From: the human T2T-CHM13v2.0 reference genome, Homo sapiens
DNA length: 64,000 bases
Direction: 5' to 3' (one strand)
Assembly (NCBI RefSeq): GCF_009914755.1
Contig: NC_060925.1
A program made the translations under genes and the position numbers. Positions within the stretch are counted from its first letter, which is position 1. Each line of letters begins with the position of its first letter. The notes beneath the pieces were generated by a model. That model saw only the letters and a program-made list of their open reading frames with translations, did no database searches and was not told where the DNA came from. Below, piece by piece: positions 58,403 to 64,000 of this stretch.

Positions 58403-61400
58403 CTATTAATGACAACTAAACCCCTGGCTCATCCTTTAAAATGTAGGACATACAGGGGATTAAGGCCTTTTGTTTTGGGTTAAATGGGTGTTGCTAGGTG
58501 AAGAAAGCTAAGTGAAAATGTTATATAAACTGGGTGATTTTTATAAATGGTAGTGGTTCTTCTGTCCAGCCCATAACCACTGTACCCTTAATAAAGTCCA
58601 ACCTAGTAAGTCCTGTGTCTCATTCATTGTCTCTGGGTCTCTTCTTTGGCCTCTGAGACATGGTGCCATCCCTCTTTGAATCAACGGGGGTCCAACATGA
58701 GAGGAACACAAATAGATAATTCAAAGAAATCAAGGAAACAATTCATGATCCAAATGAGAAATTCAATGAAAAGATAGATATCACTAAAACACCAATCAGA
58801 AATCCTGGAACTGAATAATTCAATGAATGAAATTAAAAATATAATTGATAGCTTCAACAATAGACTAGATCAAGCAATAGAAAGAATTCCTAAAGTTGAA
58901 GAGAGATCTTTTGAAATAACCCAGACAAAAAGAAAAAATAAATAAAATAGAGAAAGCCTACATTCTGAAATTTTAAACATTTGCAAAAAAAATGCAAATG
59001 TTTAAAATTTCAGAAAAAGAAGAGATGGAAAAGGACATAGAAAACCTATTTAATAAAATAACAGTAGAAAACTTTCTGAGTCTTGCAAAAAATATAGACA
59101 TCCAGATACAGGAAGCTTAAAAAGTCCCAAATAGATTAAATCCAAAAAGGTCCTGTCTGAGGCACATTATGGTCAAAAGTCAAAGACAAAGATAAAATTC
59201 TAAAAACAGCAAGAGAAAAGCATTAAGTTACATATAAGGGGATCTCCATCAGACTAACAGATTTCTCACCTTACAGGCTGTGAAAAGTGCTGAAAGAAAA
59301 AACTGCTGGAAAAAAGTACTATACCCAACAAATCTATCCTTCAGAAATGGAGAAATAAAATTTTTCTCAGACAAGTAAAAACTGAGAACATTCATCATTA
59401 GACTGGCCACTAAAAATGCTTAAGGGAGATCATTTTCAGGACCTGAAAATAAAAGAATGATCTCTATTATCATGAAAACACAGAAGTATTAACTCACTGG
59501 TAGAGCAGATACACAAATGAAAAGAAGGGTAAAAAATCAAATGTTATCACTACCAAATCACAAAGACAAAAAATTAGAGTAAGAAAGGAATAAGAAATAT
59601 ATCAAACAATTAGAAACAAGTTAACAAAGTGACAGGAGTAAGTCCTCACCTATCAATAACAACCTGGAATGTAAGTGGTTTAAATTCTCCAATTAAAAGA
59701 AATAGACTGGCTGAGTGAATTAAAACACAAAACTCAAATATATGCTGCCTACAAGAAACTCACTTCTCTTGTAAATATACACATAGACTGAAAGTGAAGG
59801 AATAGAAAAAAACATGTCATGCAAATGGAAACCAAAAGCACCCAGGAGTGGCCATACTTATACCAGATAAAATAAACTTCAGGTTAAAAGGGACAAAGAA
59901 GGTCACTATATAATGATAAAGGGGGTAAATCAGCAAGACGCTATAACATTTTAAATACATGCATCCAGAGATATAAAGCAAATATTATTCGAGCTAAAGA
60001 CAGAGCTAGACCCTAATACAACAATAATTGGGGACTTCAACAGCCCACTTTCAGCATTTGACAGATAATCTAGACAGAAGATCAACAAAGAAACATTAGA
60101 CTTAAAGTCTACTATAGACCAAATAAATTTAGTAGACATTTACAGAACTCTTCCTCCAACAGCTGCAGAATACACATCCTTCTCATCAGCACATGGAACA
60201 TTATACAGGATAGACCATGTTAGGCCACCAAACAAATATTAACAAATACAAGAAAATGAAATAATATCAAGTATCTTCTTGGATCACAATGGAATAAAAC
60301 TAGAAATCAATAAGAAGAGGAACTCTGGAAACTGTACAAATAATAGAAACAGAAAAAAATATGCTCCTGAACAACAATTGAGTCAATTAAGAGATTAAAA
60401 AGAAAATTTTAAAAATGTATTGAAACAAATGAAAATAAAAGCACAACATATAAAAACCTATGGGGCATAGCAAAAGCAGTCCTAAGAGGAAAGTTTATAG
60501 CACTAAACAACTACATCAAAAAAACTGAAAGATTTCAAATAAACAAGGCACCTCAAGGGATCAGAAAAGCAAGAAGCAGCCAACCCCAAAATTTGTAGAA
60601 GAAAAGAAATAGTAAATTCAGAGCAGAGCTAAACAAAACAGGGACTTTAAAACACAAAACAAAAGATAAATAAAATGAAAAATTGGATTTTTGATAAGAT
60701 AAAGAAAATTGACAAACCATTAGCTTGACTGAGAAAGAAAAGAGAAGACAGAAATAAAATCAGAAACGAAAAAGGAGGGATTACAACTTGATACCAGAGA
60801 AATACAAATGATCATTAGAGAGTATTATGAAAAACCACACCAACAAATAAGAAAACCTAGAAAAAATAAATAAATTCCTGGATACATATAACCTACCAAG
60901 ATTGAACCAGGTAGAAATAGAAATTCTGAACAGAACAATAATGAATAACAAAGTTGAATCAGTAATAAAAAATTTCCCTTCTCCCTGCAAAAGTCCAAGA
61001 CTGGATGGCTTTACTGATGAATTCTACCAAAGGTTTAAAGAAGAACTAATACCAATTCTTCTCAAATTATTCCCAAAAATTGAAAAGGAGAGAATACTTC
61101 CTAAATCATTTTAGGAGGCCAGCATTATCCTAATACCAAAACCAGACAGGCACAAATTAAAAAAAACAAGCCTACAAGCCAATATTCTTGAGGAACACAG
61201 TTGTAAAAATCCTCAACAAGTTGCTAGCAAATGAAACTCAATAACATCAAAAAGATAATACATCAGGGCCAAGTGGAATTTATCCCATGGATGCAAGGAT
61301 GTTTCAACATATGCAATTCAATGAATGTGATAAATCACATCAACAGGATGAAGGCCAAAACCAATATAATCATCTCAATAGATATGAAAAAAAATTTCAT

Positions 61401-61834
61401 AAAATTCAATAACTTTTCATGTTAAAAACTCTCAAAAATTAGCTATAGAAATCAAAAAAGGAATCTCATTTGTAATAGCTTTAAAAAATACCAAGAAATA
61501 GATTTAACTGAAGAAGTGAAAGATCTCTAGAAGGAAAACTGTGAAACACTGAGGAAATAAATTAAGAGCACAAAAAAAGTAAAAAAAACTTCCCATGATC
61601 ATGGACTAGATGAATCAACATTGTTAAAATGATCATACTAGCAAAGCAATCTATAGATTCAATGCAATTCCTACCCAAAGTAATCTACACATTCAATGCA
61701 TTCTTCACAAAAATAAAAAAAATCCTAAAATTTGTATAGAACTGAAAAAGAGCCTGAATAGCCAAAGCAATATTGAACAAAAAGAACAAAACTGGAAGGA
61801 TCACACTATCTGACTTTAAAATATACTACAAAAC

Positions 61835-62628
61835 TGTGTTAGTACATTTGCATTAGTATAAAGAAATACCTGAGACTAGGTAATATGGTTTGGTTCTGCA
61901 TCCCCACCCAAATCTAATCCTGTAGCTCTCATTCCGATGAGTTGTGGGAGGCAGCAGGTAGGAAATGATTGAATCATGGGGGTGGGTCTTTCCTGTGCTG
62001 TCCTTGGAATAGTGAATGGGTCTCATGAGACCTGATGGTTTTAAAAATGGGAGTTTCTCTGCACAAGTCCTCTCTTTGCCTGCTGTCTGTCATCCATGTA
62101 AGATGTGACTTGCTCCTCCTTGCCTTCCAACATGATTGTGAGGCCTCCCCAGCCATATGGAACTGTAAGTCCAATAAACCTCTTTCTTTTGTAAATTGCC
62201 CAGTCTCAGGTATGTCTTTATCAGCAGCATGAAAATGGACTAATACATTGGGTAATTTATAAAGAAAAAAAGGTTTATTTTGGCTCATGGTTCTGCAGGC
62301 TGTACAGGAAGCATGATGCTAGCATCTGCTTCTGGTGAGAGCCTCAGGAAGCTTACAAGCATGGTACAAGGCAAACAAGGAGCTGCATATCACATAGCAA
62401 GAGCAGGAGCAAGAGAAAAGAGGACGAGGGGGCCAGCCAGGCTCCTTTAAACAACCTGCTCTCATGTAAACTAATGCAAGAACTCACCCATCACAAAAGG
62501 GATGGCACTAAGCCATTCATGAGGGATCCATCCCCATGAGTCAACACCTCCCACTAGATCCCACCTCCAACATTGGGGATCATGTTTCAACATGAGATTT
62601 GCAGGGGGCACACAACCAAACCATATCA
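61835..62628 (-). mobile_element. MST (B-like) solo LTR inserted in L1 ORF2
   Basis: tgtgttagtacatttgcatt...ccaaaccatatca; TSD aaaac/agaac. Confidence 0.85.
61881..62247 (+). mobile_element. THE1B-like solo LTR nested in MST
   Basis: taatatggtttgg...ccaataaacctc...aaatggactaataca; TSD ctagg/ttggg. Confidence 0.88.
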
Positions 62629-63379
62629 AGAACTATAGTAACCAAAAGATCATGGCATTAGTATAAAAACAGATACATTGACTAATCGAACAGCATGGAG
62701 AACCCCCAAATAAATCCATGTTTGTACAGTCAACTTATTTTGGACAAAGGTATCATTAACACACATTGGGAAAAGGACAGTGTCTTCAATAAATCATGCT
62801 GGGAAAGCTGGATATCCACACGCATAAGAATGAAACTAGACCCCTATTTCTAACCATATACAAAAATCAACTCTCAGAGTGAATTAAAGAATTAAAGACC
62901 TGAAACTATAAAACTACTAGAAGAAAACAAAAGGAAAATGCTTTAGAATATTGTTGTAGGCAAAGATATTATGGGTGAGACTTCAGAAGTGCACGCGCGC
63001 GCACACACACACACACACAAACAAAAATAGACATATAGGACTATATCACACTAAAAAGCTCTGTACAGCAAAGAAAGCCATCTATGGCATGAAGAGACAA
63101 CTTGTAGAATGGGAGAAAATATTTGCAAACTATTCATTTGACAAGCGACTATCAATATCCAGAATATACGAACAACTCAACTCAACAGCAAACAAACAAA
63201 TAAAAATCTGATTTTAAAATAGAAAAAGATTTGAATAAACATTTCTCAAAGGAAGACATATAAATGATCAACAAGTATATTTTAAAATGTTCAACATTAC
63301 TAATCATCAGGAAATTAAAACCACAATGAGATATCATCTCCCCCCAGTTAGGATAACTATCATCAAAAAACAAAAATAT

Positions 63380-63688
63380 GCCAGATGTGGTGGTTCATGA
63401 CTGTAATCCCAGCACTTTGGGAGGCGAGGCAGGAGGATTGCTTGAAGCCAGAAGTTCAAAACAAGCATAGGCTAAGTGAGATCCTGTCTCTATGAAAACA
63501 TTTTTTAAAAATTAGCCAGGCATGTTTGCACTTGCCTGCAGTCTCAGCTACTTAGGAGTCCGAGGTGGGAAAATCACTTGAGCCCAGGAGTTCAAAGCTG
63601 CAGTGAGTTATGATGGTGCCACTGCACTCTAGCCTGGGGGAGAGAATGTGACCCTCCTGTCTCTAAATAAACAGATAAATAAATAAAA
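63380..63688 (+). mobile_element. AluJ in L1, without a TSD
   Basis: Diverged Alu with (TAAA)n tail. Confidence 0.9.
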
Positions 63689-64000
63689 ATTGAAATATTA
63701 TATTTTCCAAGAATCCTACTACTAGATGACTGGGTACATATCCAAAGGAAAGGAAATTAGTATATCAAAGAGATACCTGCACCCCCATGTTTATTGCAGC
63801 ACTATTCACAATAGACAAGATATGGAACCAACCTAAATGACCATCTACAGATGAATTGAATAAGAAAATGCGGTATATATACATAATGGAATACTATCCA
63901 GCCATAAAAAAATGACCTCCTGTCATTCATGGCAACATGGATGAGACTGGAGTACATTATGTTAAGTGAAATAAGCCAGGCACAGAAAGACAAATGCCAC

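Larger units (their letters stand above)
58705..64000 (+). mobile_element. Long decayed L1MA-like element (ORF1 remnant, ORF2 EN/RT, 3' region), running off the window
   Basis: ORF1-like (ccagatacaggaagct), EN-like (tgctgcctacaagaaactcac; ggggacttcaacagcccact), ORF 60902..61114 [23 protein letters not shown], and C-terminal motifs. Confidence 0.9.

Overview
Repeat-rich human genomic DNA. It carries Alu, L1PA, THE1 and LTR7 elements plus an L1HS-Ta copy, which is human-specific. I find no intact protein-coding gene, no RNA gene and no prokaryotic-type system. Almost all ORFs in the track are Alu, L1 or MaLR translation artefacts. The main gene-derived feature is a full-length processed pseudogene of TRNT1 (CCA-adding tRNA nucleotidyltransferase) at ~18.1-20.95 kb (+). 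It sits inside an old L1, is interrupted by two Alus, and contains an unexplained 402-bp non-repeat-looking insert with a short flanking duplication, close to a parental exon junction. Other notable items: a very young 5'-truncated L1HS-Ta (43.1-43.8 kb); a twin-primed, 5'-inverted L1PA3-like element inserted into an older Alu's target-site duplication (TSD); a complete THE1 MaLR provirus; a solo HERV-H LTR7-family LTR; a decayed ERVL provirus with readable RT motifs; several nested insertions; and motif clusters in unique DNA that may be enhancers or non-coding exons. Subfamily names are recalled from consensus sequences by eye, and boundaries of old repeats are approximate. The sequence does not support a claim of a new biological system. 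The strongest leads are the pseudogene insert, the L1HS-Ta and the repeated target-site re-use.
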